Shown in pieces: positions 62,981 to 64,000 of a DNA stretch of 64,000 nucleotides; position 1 is the first letter of the stretch; every line of letters begins with the position of its first letter. The stretch is taken from NCBI RefSeq assembly GCF_006345805.1, contig NC_042998.1:117676001-117740000 (forward strand), read 5' to 3'. This DNA is from Octopus sinensis (lineage: Eukaryota). The notes under the pieces were generated by a model that saw only the letters and a program-made list of their open reading frames with translations, ran no database searches and was not told the origin of the DNA. Both the position numbers and the translations under genes were made by a program.

Positions 62981-64000
62981 TAAACGTATTATATTGCCCT
63001 CGAAGAATATTTCGATATATAGGTACATAATAACATTTTTACAATCAACACAGAATTAGCTTGCCTAATTAGGAAAATTTAATAGAAATCTAATGAAACG
63101 ACTGCTGTCACAATACAGCAACGTCTATAACTATCTCTACACTAATTGTATTAGCAAACGACTCTCTATTGCTCCTACAAATAAACGTTCATTTTAGTAA
63201 AAAGATTTTCTAAGATTCCTTGAGCTCGAATGTTTGTTATTTCATATATTTATTTGAGTAGTATAGTTTTCATGAAGTATTGCCTCGTATATATGCTGTA
63301 AATTATATTTTCATGCTAAAACAATACAATTTGTGACAGATAAAACAGGCTGCTATATCTAGATAGTATTTCAATATTTCCATGTTAGGACTCCTTCGTC
63401 AGGAAATATTAGGAGACATTTGTTATTCGCTGACTTCTCTGTCTTGCAGTATGTGAGTTCGGCATGTTTTATTAGAGTAACCAATCTACCTTCAGCAACT
63501 CTGATCTACTAATATGTGGTATATTTTTATTAAAAAATATACGTTCATTCTTAAGTTTCCAAATTTCCTTTGTTTCTGTAGATTCAACGGCAAGCTAGAT
63601 TTCGTGGGTATAGAATTTCTGAAGTTATATCGATTGAGGTACTATGTGCATTGAAGTGTTCTTACTTTTCAGCTCAAACATGATCATATATGTTGGTGGT
63701 GCTGCGTTATGCATAAAATCACTCGTAACATATGTAGTACATTCTACATCGAAAGTAGCATCAGGCAATTTATGCATACAGATTAAATATCAACTATATG
63801 CTAATATTTCTTCACTAAAAGAATACAACAAAATCTACAGAAATACAACATACAAGTTCCGATTGAAGCTATAGAAAATATACACGAAAAACGTGAAAAT
63901 AAAGAGGCACTAATTACGATCTACACACCATGTTAATAACAGATTAGAGAAGCACGAAGCCGATATCAAATTCGTTTCCAGAGATGTCCTGAAGTAGGTG

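Overview
AT-rich eukaryotic non-genic (intergenic or large-intron) DNA with no supportable host protein-coding gene, rRNA, tRNA gene or CRISPR array. The tRNA-derived SINE families, dense (TA)n microsatellites and LINE types resemble octopus (coleoid cephalopod) genomes; this is inference from recognition, not a database search. Nearly all ORFs in the supplied track are microsatellite artefacts. Real content is mobile DNA: at least six Penelope-like element (PLE) pieces; a Tx1/L1-type element carrying only ORF1, inserted into a SINE; a Tx1 ORF2 fragment; an R4/Dong-type RLE LINE 3' end; a full-length 1286-bp mariner; several rosa-, maT- and mariner-like fragments; SINEs and MITEs. The most notable signal is a recurring set of minimal type I hammerhead ribozymes tied to PLE terminal repeats. 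One is intact, with the compensatory U3-A8 core, inside a young PLE whose open RT/GIY-YIG frame is flanked by ~400-bp inverted arms. Another lies in a 345-bp-period retrozyme-like unit. All alignments and folds were done by eye.
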